A stretch of DNA of 64,000 bases from Candidatus Woesebacteria bacterium GW2011_GWB1_39_10 (lineage in GTDB: Bacteria; Patescibacteriota; Microgenomatia; UBA8517). The DNA is taken from the NCBI GenBank assembly GCA_000993205.1, contig LBVU01000002.1, forward strand, positions 28,250 to 92,249. Reading direction: 5' to 3'. Under the pieces are notes generated by a model. The model worked only from the letters and a program-made list of their open reading frames with translations, ran no database searches and had not been told where the DNA came from. Below are positions 9,803 to 18,415 of this stretch, piece after piece (within the stretch, counting starts at the first letter, position 1; every line of letters begins with the position of its first letter). The translations under genes were made by a program, and so were the position numbers.

Positions 9803-10876
9803 ATGAATAAAGAAATATTACGCGAACAATTGATAAATCTTGAGACGCGAAATGCCGGAATGAAAATTCTTAACCCGGGAGACTTAACGTCCGAAAAAAC
9901 TGCAGACAATGTCATTAAGTTATTAAAAGCGATGTATGTTGAACATGGTATTACCAAAGATAAGAAAAAACTAGTAAAGGATATTGAAGTCGGAAACGTT
10001 TTAAGTTGGTTTGCCCAAAAAGACGAAAATTTTGTCGCAACAGCTTCTCTTGTAAAACAAGACGATGGCGCTTGGGAGCTCGGTAGAGCAGTATCGCTTG
10101 ATCGCGGCAATGGACTAGGCAAAAGGGTAATTCTTGAAGCCTTAAAATTTCATCTAAAAAATCATTCTAATGAGGCGTTAATTGCTGAAGTTCGCGCCGC
10201 AGACGAATTCAAGCAAGTTCCGTCCGGACTTGCAACTCAAAAGATATTTTTTGGTACTATCAACTCGATTTTGCCAATTACACCCTTTGCAATTGCTCCG
10301 TTATTTGCGCACGGGGATCCACTAAGAAATGAGCAATTTATTCTTTCGGCAAGTGATATAAAGCCGGGAAAAACTATCAGTGAAAAAATTTCTGACTCTA
10401 TTAACAATAGGTCAACCAAGGGAACTATTCCAAGGTTACAGGTGATACAAACTGCTCCTTTTCGTCTGGCGATTCCTAATGATAACGGAAAAAAAGCTAG
10501 TCAAGTAGCATCAGAGTCCGTTGATTTTAAAGGTTGCTCACTATTTCCGGTAGAAGTTACAGACCGAAACATGCCGTTAATTGGTATGTTGTCTTCGAGA
10601 TCTGACATGGTTTTGTGTGGAGTTGACCGTCTATTGGGTAATGAAGGGAAACCGGTAGTATTAATCGCCACATTAGGTTTCCACGGCAATATTTTGACTG
10701 GTCAGTCATCAGAGTTGGCGCCCACTGAAGTTTCTGAAGTGCTTCCGACTGAAATGCGGAAAGACACACAAGCAATTGCTGATAAATTTTCGCATATACG
10801 CGAAGCGCAACTAAACGAGTTTAGAGATGGACTGCACCCTTATTTCCGTACAGACATAATTAAGTTATCACTTTAA
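9803..10876 (+). CDS. Hypothetical protein with a GNAT-like motif; its last ~14 codons are encoded by the left end of the IS3-family element.
   Basis: SD GGGGGTG lies 6 nt upstream of ATG 9803; the ORF track extends to 9776. The N-terminal region carries RGNGLGKRVILEAL, which resembles GNAT motif A. Coding runs into the IS left inverted repeat (10833..). Confidence 0.5.
   Translation: MNKEILREQLINLETRNAGMKILNPGDLTSEKTADNVIKLLKAMYVEHGITKDKKKLVKDIEVGNVLSWFAQKDENFVATASLVKQDDGAWELGRAVSLDRGNGLGKRVILEALKFHLKNHSNEALIAEVRAADEFKQVPSGLATQKIFFGTINSILPITPFAIAPLFAHGDPLRNEQFILSASDIKPGKTISEKISDSINNRSTKGTIPRLQVIQTAPFRLAIPNDNGKKASQVASESVDFKGCSLFPVEVTDRNMPLIGMLSSRSDMVLCGVDRLLGNEGKPVVLIATLGFHGNILTGQSSELAPTEVSEVLPTEMRKDTQAIADKFSHIREAQLNEFRDGLHPYFRTDIIKLSL
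10833..10861 (+). repeat. IS3 left terminal inverted repeat (IRL).
   Basis: It begins TG and includes the 10-nt core CGTACAGACA, which recurs inverted at 12081-12090. Confidence 0.55.
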
Positions 10877-10916
10877 ACTATCGGTTAAACTGTAGCCAGA
10901 AAGGAGGTGAAAAATT

Positions 10917-11234
10917 ATGTCAGGTACTAAACGAAAATTTACCAGAGAATTTAAACTTCAGGTTGTCACTGAAATTGAATCAGGGACTAAGACCAGAGCT
11001 CAAATTACTCGTGAATATGAATTATCAGAGGGACTAGTTACTAAGTGGGTTGCGGTCTATCGAGCTAATCCTCAAACTGCCTTTACAGGTAGACTGGTAG
11101 CCAGTGAGGAGGAAAGACTAAAAATTAAAATTAAAGAGCTTGAGTGGGCATTGGGTAGAAAGACAATGGAGGTGGAAACCCTGAAATTTACACTGGAAGG
11201 ATTAAATGTTAAAAAAGGGGGCTTTATGAAGTAG
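10917..11234 (+). CDS. IS3-family transposase OrfA (HTH DNA-binding).
   Basis: The sequence FTREFKLQVVTEIESGTKTRAQITREYELSEGLVTKWV followed by a leucine-zipper-like LKIKIKELEWAL is a classic IS3/IS911 OrfA. RBS AAGGAGGTG. Confidence 0.85.
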   Translation: MSGTKRKFTREFKLQVVTEIESGTKTRAQITREYELSEGLVTKWVAVYRANPQTAFTGRLVASEEERLKIKIKELEWALGRKTMEVETLKFTLEGLNVKKGGFMK

Positions 11235-12097
11235 CAGAAACATTTTGTCAAAAAGGACAATCTATTACAGATTTGTGTAGAACCCTACATGTCTCAAGGA
11301 GCGGGTATTATGAATATCTGAAAAACAAAAATCTTAAAAATATGGATGAAGAATTAGTTAAAAACCAAATTGAACAAATTGCCCTGGAATATCCAAGATA
11401 TGGATACAGAAGGATTACTGAGGAACTTAAAAGAAGAGATTTTATAGTTAATCACAAAAGGGTCCTAAAACTGATGCAAGAAGAAGATTTACTTTGCAAA
11501 CACAAAAAGAAGTTTATGGTTACAACTGATTCTAACCATCCACTTCCAATTTACCCAAACTTAATTAAAGGAATGATTGTGACTAGGATTAACCAAATCT
11601 GGGTGGCAGACATTACTTATATCCCCCTGACCACTGGCAAATTTGTATTTTTAGCAGTAGTACTGGATCTTTATTCAAGAAAAGTAGTTGGTTGGCATTT
11701 AGGAAGTGACTTATCATCCATTTTAGTTTGTCATGCCCTGCAGATGGCAATACTCAGCCGAAAACCACCTGCAGGGCTAACTCATCATTCAGACCGTGGA
11801 GTTCAATATGCCAGTTATGAGTATACAAATATTTTAAAACTAAATAATATTCAAATTTCTATGAGTAGAAAGGGTAATCCATATGACAATGCAGTTTGTG
11901 AAAGTTTTAACAAAACATTCAAATGGGATGAGGTTAGGCTAAATAAATACAACAATTATTTTGAAGCTAAAGAAGCCATTGCAAACTATATTGAGCAGAT
12001 TTACAATGCAAAAAGGTTACATTCAAGCCTAAACTACAGGCCACCGAATGAATTTGAAGAGAGTTTAATTAACAGTCAATTGTCTGTACGTTATTAG
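11213..12097 (+). CDS. IS3-family transposase OrfB (DDE integrase core), probably expressed as an OrfAB fusion by -1 frameshifting.
   Basis: The -1 frame opens at 11213, directly over AAAAAAG (11211-17). The rve-type motifs are LCRTLHVSRSGYY, HSDRGVQYAS and GNPYDNAVCESFN. Confidence 0.85.
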   Translation, partial: KRGLYEVAETFCQKGQSITDLCRTLHVSRSGYYEYLKNKNLKNMDEELVKNQIEQIALEYPRYGYRRITEELKRRDFIVNHKRVLKLMQEEDLLCKHKKKFMVTTDSNHPLPIYPNLIKGMIVTRINQIWVADITYIPLTTGKFVFLAVVLDLYSRKVVGWHLGSDLSSILVCHALQMAILSRKPPAGLTHHSDRGVQYASYEYTNILKLNNIQISMSRKGNPYDNAVCESFNKTFKWDEVRLNKYNNYFEAKEAIANYIEQIYNAKRLHSSLNYRPPNEFEESLINSQLSVRY

Positions 12098-12104
12098 GGG
12101 TTCA
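12075..12104 (+). repeat. IS3 right terminal inverted repeat (IRR); it overlaps the orfB C-terminus.
   Basis: The reverse complement TGAACCCCTAATAACGTACAGACAATTG matches IRL at about 19 of 24 positions and ends ...TTCA. Confidence 0.55.
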
Positions 12105-12195
12105 CTCCAAGAAAATGGCACAGAGGTTTTGGGAAATTGAGATGAATTGGTCAAAACAAGATGAGAGGTGGAAAGGCTAATACTTTGCATCTCTT

Positions 12196-13356
12196 ATGGC
12201 ACAAGGGATGCGTAGCCTGTCGGTAAGTGATAGAATCGGAATGGTAAAGATATATAAACTTATGAAAAAAGAAGAATTTATTAGTCAGATTGCAAAACTT
12301 GTTTCCTTTGAAACTGTTACCGGTAACGTAGCAGAAAACTCAGAGGCCTTGAGTTATGTGGAATCCTTAATAAGCAAGGACGCGGAAGTAAAAAGAATCA
12401 AGAATAAAGACGCCGAAATTTTAATTGCCGGTAATTCCAACATAATGACGCCGGATGTTGGATATATGGTGCACATGGACGTAGTTGCTGGCAAACCTGA
12501 ACAATTTAAGGTCTCCATAAAAGCAGATAAAATATTCGGTCGGGGTACCAGCGACATGAAGTTTTCTATTCCAATCGGAATCTCTCTTTTGAATCAGCTT
12601 ATTGCCACTAAATCAAAAATTACTTTTTCTTTAGCTATTACAACAGATGAAGAAATTGGAGGATTTGCAGGTGGAGCGTTTCTTGCAGAAAAACTTAAAT
12701 TCAGACCGAAAGTTTTAATCGTTCCGGATGGCGGAGATAATTTAACATTTGTAAACAAAGCCAAAGGAGTTTGCCAATTGGTTATTACCGCTAAAGGCTC
12801 CCCAGCCCACGCCAGCAGGCCATGGGTGGGTAGAAACGCCCTGGACATGCTTTCTACACTTTCTGTGGAGCTTTTGAAAATTTACGGCAAAAACAATATC
12901 AAAGAAAATTGGAATACGACCATGAATACGGGCCAAATTCAGGGTGGAATTTCTATCAACCAGGTCTGCCCAGTTGCAGTAATGAAAGTTGATTTCAGAT
13001 ATCCCGAAACTGACAGCATAGAAAAGATTACGAAAACTGTTTCCGGTATTGCCGCCAAAATCAGCAATAACATAACCATAGAAAAGGCCTCAACCGGTTT
13101 GCCCACTTTTACAAATACCGATTTGTTTGTTGTCAAGGATTTCCTAAAGACAATGGAAAAAGCATACGGCAAAAAGATCGTAGTTACACACACATACGGA
13201 GCTTCCGATGCCCGCCATTTTGCCAAATTTAATGTTCCTGTTTTAATGATGAAACCTATGGGTGGCGAGATCCACTCAGAAACAGAATGGGTAAGTATTT
13301 CTTCTTCATTGAAATTTTACGATGGACTGTTAGAATTCATATATGGACAAAATTGA
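12196..13356 (+). CDS. M20 family metallopeptidase / deacylase, a paralogue of 5396..6472.
   Basis: It has HMDVV, GRGTSDMKFSIPIGI and TTDEEIGG motifs and aligns along its whole length with the 5396 gene. Confidence 0.7.
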   Translation: MAQGMRSLSVSDRIGMVKIYKLMKKEEFISQIAKLVSFETVTGNVAENSEALSYVESLISKDAEVKRIKNKDAEILIAGNSNIMTPDVGYMVHMDVVAGKPEQFKVSIKADKIFGRGTSDMKFSIPIGISLLNQLIATKSKITFSLAITTDEEIGGFAGGAFLAEKLKFRPKVLIVPDGGDNLTFVNKAKGVCQLVITAKGSPAHASRPWVGRNALDMLSTLSVELLKIYGKNNIKENWNTTMNTGQIQGGISINQVCPVAVMKVDFRYPETDSIEKITKTVSGIAAKISNNITIEKASTGLPTFTNTDLFVVKDFLKTMEKAYGKKIVVTHTYGASDARHFAKFNVPVLMMKPMGGEIHSETEWVSISSSLKFYDGLLEFIYGQN

Positions 13357-14509
13357 GGAAGTATTAACACGTGGTGTTGCAGAAATATTGCCGACCAAAG
13401 AAGGTTTGGCAAAACTGATGTCAGAAAAGAAAATAACGCTATATCAAGGATTCGATCCGACAGGCGCTCAACTTCACATTGGCCACGCAGTCGGCTTTAG
13501 GAAACTCGCGCAATTTCAGGCGCTTGGACACAAGGTAATCTTCCTCATTGGAGATTTTACCGGAATGATAGGGGACCCTTCCGGAAAATCGACTGAAAGA
13601 AAAGTTTTAACTAGGGAAGAGGTTTTGGAAAATGCTAAAACTTATAAAGAGCAGGCAGGTAGAATATTAAAATTCGATGGGGAAAATCCTGTCGAAATTA
13701 AATATAACAGTGAATGGCTGGGGAAAATGAGTGCAATTGAATTCTTACAACTTTCTCACAATTTGACATACACCCAAGTTGTTGAACGGGATATGTTCCA
13801 GGAACGTCTTAAAAAGAGACAGGATGTTTACATGAATGAATTTCTTTATCCTTTTATGCAAGCTTATGATTCGGTTGCGATGAATGTGGATTTGGAAATC
13901 GGTGGACAAGACCAGAAGTTTAACATGTTGATGGGCAGAAAATTAATGCGAAATATCTTACATAAAGAAAAATATGTAATGACACTTCCACTTCTGACAG
14001 ACTCAAAAGGAAATAAAATTGGTAAGACTGAGGGTAATGTAATTGGTTTAACAGATTCTGCAAAAGAATTTTATGCAAAAATAATGTCGCTTTCGGACAA
14101 CTCGATTGTAAACTGTTTTACAATCTTAACCGACAAATCTATTGGGGAAATAAAACAAATAGAGAAAGATATTGCGAAAGGCAAGAATCCTTTTGAATTT
14201 AAAAAACAATTAGCTTTTGATTTAACCAAGTGGTTAAATTCTGAAAAAGACGCTAAAGAAGCTCAGGCAAATTTTGAAAAGACTTTTCAGGAGAGGGCGC
14301 CAGAATTTAACATTAAAGTTAATGCGGGAGAGTCTCTAATCAAAACCATCATTCCTTTTACCAACAGACAAAGCGTAAGCGCCGCTAAGGAGTTGATTAA
14401 ACAGGGAGCGGTGGACATTAACGGACAAAAAGTTACTGATGGATCAACTACGCTTAAAACCGGTGATGAAATAAAGGTCGGAGGCCGGACCTTTCTCAAG
14501 GTAAAGTAA
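13343..14509 (+). CDS. tyrS: Tyrosyl-tRNA synthetase.
   Basis: It has the HIGH motif (LHIGHAVG) and a KMSKS-like motif (KIGKTEG) on a class I Rossmann fold with a C-terminal S4-like domain. It is 388 aa. Confidence 0.9.
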   Translation: MDKIEEVLTRGVAEILPTKEGLAKLMSEKKITLYQGFDPTGAQLHIGHAVGFRKLAQFQALGHKVIFLIGDFTGMIGDPSGKSTERKVLTREEVLENAKTYKEQAGRILKFDGENPVEIKYNSEWLGKMSAIEFLQLSHNLTYTQVVERDMFQERLKKRQDVYMNEFLYPFMQAYDSVAMNVDLEIGGQDQKFNMLMGRKLMRNILHKEKYVMTLPLLTDSKGNKIGKTEGNVIGLTDSAKEFYAKIMSLSDNSIVNCFTILTDKSIGEIKQIEKDIAKGKNPFEFKKQLAFDLTKWLNSEKDAKEAQANFEKTFQERAPEFNIKVNAGESLIKTIIPFTNRQSVSAAKELIKQGAVDINGQKVTDGSTTLKTGDEIKVGGRTFLKVK

Positions 14510-14577
14510 GGTATGAGTAAAAGTTGGCCAAAGAACGTTTTTATTGCGCAAGCGTCTCATATGATAGAATAGTAGGA

Positions 14578-14601
14578 ATATCATATATCGATATATGATA
14601 T
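14578..14601. promoter_or_regulatory. Perfect 24-nt AT-rich palindrome (ATATCATATATCGATATATGATAT) in the tyrS-recG intergenic region.
   Basis: It is exactly self-complementary. A second 14-nt palindrome TCTGATATATCAGA lies at 14758-14771, and AATTCGGA direct repeats lie between the two. Confidence 0.3.
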
Positions 14602-14611
14602 TAAATAATAA

Positions 14612-14716
14612 ATGATATCTAAAAAGGGCAAAAAAATATTTGTAGTAATAGTTATAATTTCTTCCTTGGCACTTCTGGCCGGAGCAGTGTTACCTTATAT
14701 TCTATACGCAAGATAG
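14612..14716 (+). CDS. Small hydrophobic peptide of 34 aa; speculative.
   Basis: It translates as MISKKGKKIFVVIVIISSLALLAGAVLPYILYAR, a single predicted TM helix. It has no clear SD. Confidence 0.15.
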   Translation: MISKKGKKIFVVIVIISSLALLAGAVLPYILYAR

Positions 14717-14789
14717 ATTCCAGATACATCAGAATAATTCGGAAGAATTCGGATATATCTGATATATCAGACCTGTCTGACTTCTCCGA

Positions 14790-14798
14790 TGATATAAT
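14790..14798 (+). promoter_or_regulatory. Extended -10 promoter (TGaTATAAT) only 7 nt upstream of the recG ATG, implying a leaderless transcript.
   Basis: TG at 14790-91, TATAAT at 14793-98, ATG at 14806. Confidence 0.35.
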
Positions 14799-14805
14799 CT
14801 GAGTA

Positions 14806-16848
14806 ATGAATCTTGATTCACCGATTTCCAACCTTCCCAAAGTCGGACCGATATTCGAAAAGAAATTTGAAAGATTGGGTATTAATACCATTGAGGATCT
14901 TTTTTACCATGTTCCTTCGCGCTATCTGGACTATTCATTAATAACAACTATTAACAAACTTCGCGCGGATGAAACCGTTACCATTCACGCCAAAATTGCT
15001 TCCATCGCTAATATTTTTTCTAAAAGAGGAGTGAGAATGCAGATTGGGTCGGTTGAGGATGAAACGGGAAAATTAATGGTCGTTTGGTTTAACCAACCAT
15101 TCTTATTAAAAATGCTTTACCCGGGACGCCTTGTTTCCTTGTCGGGAAAGGTTGGATTTTTCAATAGAAAATTGTGTTTAAGTTCACCCGATTACGAAAT
15201 ATTGGATGAAGAAGGAGACCAAACTTTCCACACAGGCCGTTTTGTTCCTGTTTATCCCGAAACTTCTGGTCTTTCTTCCAAATGGCTTCGAACCAAAATC
15301 CGCGATGCGTTTGCCACCACAGAAATCGAAGAATATTTGCCGAAGGATGTGTTGACAGGGGGGGCCCTTGTCAGTCTGAAGGATGCGATACAAAAAGTGC
15401 ATTTCCCTAAAAATCTAGAGGAAGCTGAGGAGGGGAGAAAAAGATTGGCCTTTAACGAAGTCCTAAATCTCCAACTAAAAAGCTTAATCAGAAAATCAAA
15501 CTGGAAAGAAAATCGCGTCATCAATAGATTAGAAATTAACAGTTCAGTAGTTCAACAGTTTATCAGTTCATTACCTTTCAAATTAACCGAATCCCAATCT
15601 AAAGCCATGGATGAAATTCTTAAAGATTTGGGTGGAGAAATTCCCATGAATCGTTTGTTGGAAGGGGATGTGGGAAGCGGAAAAACAGTTGTCGCGGCAG
15701 TCGGGGCATTTGTGGCATTTTTAAACGGTTACCAAACATTAATAATGGCTCCCACTCAAATTTTAGCATCCCAGCATTACGAGACCCTTAATCGTCTATT
15801 TTCCAAATTCAAGCTTCGTCTCTCACTTCTAACTTCCGCAGTCAAACTTCACGATCTTGGACGAACGGATGTCTTTGTCGGTACTCATTCGTTAATTCAT
15901 AGTAAAGTTGACTTTAGTAAAGTAGCTTTTGTAGTGATTGACGAACAACACAGATTCGGCGTCGAGCAAAGAAGACATCTGGTTAAAAAAACCGGAACTC
16001 CGCATGTTTTAACAATGACCGCAACCCCCATTCCAAGAACCGTAGCCCTTACCACTTACGGTGACTTGGATTTGTCAGTCTTGACCGAAATGCCGGAAGG
16101 ACGCCAAAAAGTTACAACCTGGGTTGTTCCAGAAATCAAAAGAGATGGAGCATACGAGTGGATGAAAAAACAAATAATAAATAACAAATCTCAAATCTTT
16201 ATTGTTTGCCCTTTGATTGAAGACTCAGACACCGAAACTCTTGCAGACGTAAAATCAGTCACCTCCGAATTCTTAAATCTTAAATCTGTATTCATAAATC
16301 AAAAACTCGGCCTATTGCATGGCCGCCTCAAGTCCAAGGAAAAAGATGAGATTTTGGACAAATTCAGATCGGGTACGATCGATATTTTGGTCGCGACCCC
16401 TGTTGTTGAAGTTGGAATAGATATCCCCAACGCCACTATAATGGTAATTGAGGCTGCCGAGCGTTTTGGCCTTGCCGGGCTTCATCAGCTTCGCGGCCGA
16501 GTTGGGAGGGGATCGAAACGATCATATTGTCTAATCTTTTCAAATTACCACTCCGGGGCAGCCTACACACGATTGCGCGCGATGGAAAAGAGTTATTCCG
16601 GCTTTGAGTTGGCTGAACTGGATTTAAAGCTAAGAGGCCCCGGAGAAATCTTCGGAACTGCCCAATCAGGTTTCCCGGAGCTTAAGATCGCCTCTTGGAA
16701 CAACTTTGAGTTAATTAAGGCAACCAAAGAAGTTGCGGAGGACATCATCAAAAACCCCAAAAAATACACATTGGTTAAAACCAAATTCGAATATACTAAA
16801 AAATACGGCTGGCGTCTTTCCTACTTGAATGACGTCACTCATGTTTAA
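14806..16848 (+). CDS. recG: ATP-dependent DNA helicase RecG.
   Basis: It has a wedge-domain N-terminus, GDVGSGKT (Walker A), DEQHRFGV and TATPIPRT motifs, and is 680 aa. Confidence 0.9.
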   Translation: MNLDSPISNLPKVGPIFEKKFERLGINTIEDLFYHVPSRYLDYSLITTINKLRADETVTIHAKIASIANIFSKRGVRMQIGSVEDETGKLMVVWFNQPFLLKMLYPGRLVSLSGKVGFFNRKLCLSSPDYEILDEEGDQTFHTGRFVPVYPETSGLSSKWLRTKIRDAFATTEIEEYLPKDVLTGGALVSLKDAIQKVHFPKNLEEAEEGRKRLAFNEVLNLQLKSLIRKSNWKENRVINRLEINSSVVQQFISSLPFKLTESQSKAMDEILKDLGGEIPMNRLLEGDVGSGKTVVAAVGAFVAFLNGYQTLIMAPTQILASQHYETLNRLFSKFKLRLSLLTSAVKLHDLGRTDVFVGTHSLIHSKVDFSKVAFVVIDEQHRFGVEQRRHLVKKTGTPHVLTMTATPIPRTVALTTYGDLDLSVLTEMPEGRQKVTTWVVPEIKRDGAYEWMKKQIINNKSQIFIVCPLIEDSDTETLADVKSVTSEFLNLKSVFINQKLGLLHGRLKSKEKDEILDKFRSGTIDILVATPVVEVGIDIPNATIMVIEAAERFGLAGLHQLRGRVGRGSKRSYCLIFSNYHSGAAYTRLRAMEKSYSGFELAELDLKLRGPGEIFGTAQSGFPELKIASWNNFELIKATKEVAEDIIKNPKKYTLVKTKFEYTKKYGWRLSYLNDVTHV

Positions 16849-16940
16849 TTGAAAATTATAAATTGATAATTGTAAATTTCGTAATTTTAACATAAGCAGA
16901 GCTTGCCATGAGCAGAGCCTCATGGTAAAATTACGGTTAT

Positions 16941-17099
16941 ATGGTACCTTTACCAAAACGAAAACACACAAGAAGTAGAACCGGAATTAGACGCGGAGGA
17001 CAGCCCAAAATGGTTCTTTCAAATCTGACAAAGTGTACCAGTTGTGGAAAATTGAAGGAAAATCACAGAACTTGTCCGTATTGTGGCTTCTGGCGATAA
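16941..17099 (+). CDS. rpmF: 50S ribosomal protein L32; below the ORF-track length cutoff.
   Basis: It translates as [23 protein letters not shown]...[21 protein letters not shown], with the L32 signature and zinc-ribbon cysteines. Confidence 0.75.
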   Translation: MVPLPKRKHTRSRTGIRRGGQPKMVLSNLTKCTSCGKLKENHRTCPYCGFWR

Positions 17100-17103
17100 T
17101 TCG

Positions 17104-17478
17104 ATGAAAACATCAACTGACCCCAGGCACATTAGAAGAAGGGAAGCCGTCAAGTCCCTTTTTGCCGAAACTTTTGCCAAACAACCGGGGAACGGCGAGT
17201 TGGTAATCAAGATTCTTAGCCAAAAAAAGAAAATCGATAAACTAATTGAGGACGCGGCCCCGCAATGGCCCATCGATAAACTTAACAAGATTGATTTGGC
17301 AATTTTGAGGCTTGCCGTCTACGAACTTGAGAATGACGATACTCCGCCTAAAGTCGTAATCGACGAAGCGGTGGAACTTGCCAAAGAGTACGGCGCCGAA
17401 TCTTCCTCTTCATTTATCAACGGTGTATTGGGTACAATATACAAGGACGAGACTGATGCCGCAGCTACGAAAAAATAA
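17104..17478 (+). CDS. nusB: Transcription antitermination factor NusB.
   Basis: The NusB-family stretch is [42 protein letters not shown]. The start is taken as the ATG 4 nt after the rpmF stop; the ORF-track start is 17083. Confidence 0.75.
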   Translation: MKTSTDPRHIRRREAVKSLFAETFAKQPGNGELVIKILSQKKKIDKLIEDAAPQWPIDKLNKIDLAILRLAVYELENDDTPPKVVIDEAVELAKEYGAESSSSFINGVLGTIYKDETDAAATKK

Positions 17479-17480
17479 CA

Positions 17481-17723
17481 ATGGATACAGATCTAAATAA
17501 TATCTCAGTAAAAATTAAAAGAGAGTTGTCTGATTTTCTGGGAATTGACATGGAAGACGTTGACGATGAAACATCTTTAAAAGAGGACCTTCACATGGAC
17601 CCGGCAAGCATAACAGACTACATAGAAATATTGTCAAAGGCCGGTTTTGACACGGACAGGCTTGATTTAACAGAAATCGAAACCTTCGGAGATCTTCTTG
17701 AGGCATTATCCTCTCACACCTAA
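17481..17723 (+). CDS. Acyl-carrier-protein-like protein (80 aa) lacking the canonical DSL serine.
   Basis: It aligns to ACP helix II: ...EDLHMDPASITDYIEIL against ...EDLGADSLDTVELVMAL. Its position immediately upstream of rnc mirrors acpP-rnc synteny in Firmicutes. Confidence 0.5.
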   Translation: MDTDLNNISVKIKRELSDFLGIDMEDVDDETSLKEDLHMDPASITDYIEILSKAGFDTDRLDLTEIETFGDLLEALSSHT

Positions 17724-17725
17724 GT

Positions 17726-18397
17726 ATGGATAAAATAAAATCCTTAAAAGCAAAATTCAAAAACCAGAATCTCTTCGACTCGGCTCTCACCCACAGGTCC
17801 TGGGTTAATGAACATAAAGGAGTACGTACAAATAACGAAAGACTTGAGTTTCTGGGAGATGCTGTTTTGGAATTTATTGTTTCCAAAGAACTTTTTGCTA
17901 AATTCCCCGATAAAGAAGAAGGATATCTTACTGCGCTACGGGCGAATATAGTCAACACCATTTCGCTCTCAGAAGTAGCAAAAAAGCTTGATTTAGGACC
18001 ACTGATTTTTTTAAGTAAAGGCGAGGAGGATGGCGGCGGAAGGCAAAACACATCCCTTCTGGCAGATACGGTTGAAGCAATAATCGGAGCCATGTTTATT
18101 GACCGCGGGATCGAGGCTTCCGAAAAGTTTATTGAAGAAAATCTACTGAAAGATGTTGAGGTCCGCGCCAAGGAACCTCTTAAAGACAGCAAGTCCCAGC
18201 TTCAGGAACACGTTCAGTCGCTTGGTTTTTCCGCGCCAAAATATCAGGTAGTAGAAGAGTCCGGTCCGGATCACAATAAAAAATTTATTATCGAGGTTGT
18301 TGTAAACGGAAAACCCTGGGGCAGGGGAGAAGGAAAAAGTAAAAGTACCGCCGAACAGGATGCGGCTAGACAGGCTCTGGCAAAAAAGGTACAATAG
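17726..18397 (+). CDS. rnc: Ribonuclease III.
   Basis: It has the ERLEFLGDAVL signature and a C-terminal dsRBD. Confidence 0.9.
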   Translation: MDKIKSLKAKFKNQNLFDSALTHRSWVNEHKGVRTNNERLEFLGDAVLEFIVSKELFAKFPDKEEGYLTALRANIVNTISLSEVAKKLDLGPLIFLSKGEEDGGGRQNTSLLADTVEAIIGAMFIDRGIEASEKFIEENLLKDVEVRAKEPLKDSKSQLQEHVQSLGFSAPKYQVVEESGPDHNKKFIIEVVVNGKPWGRGEGKSKSTAEQDAARQALAKKVQ

Positions 18398-18415
18398 CTT
18401 CATGATAAGCAAAGC

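Larger units (their letters stand above)
10833..12104 (+). mobile_element. IS3-family insertion sequence, about 1272 bp.
   Basis: Imperfect terminal inverted repeats: left TGCACCCTTATTTCCGTACAGACATAATT (10833-) and right reverse-complement TGAACCCCTAATAACGTACAGACAATTG (ending 12104). It contains orfA and orfB with an A6G slippery site. The 1.27-kb size fits IS3. Confidence 0.75.

Noticed and set aside
9700-10122. A 140-aa minus-strand ORF overlapping the T-box region and the 9803 gene.
   Set aside because: It is antisense to a better-supported gene and a structured leader. Its low-complexity Ser/Pro-rich translation is typical of a shadow ORF.
10880-10916. A shorter IS left boundary just upstream of orfA, starting TGTAGCCAG...
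   Set aside because: No matching inverted repeat exists at the right end. A much better ~24-bp TIR pair is found at 10833 and 12104.
17515-18192. A 225-aa minus-strand ORF.
   Set aside because: It is antisense to the strongly supported ACP-like and rnc genes and has no motifs, so it is a shadow ORF.
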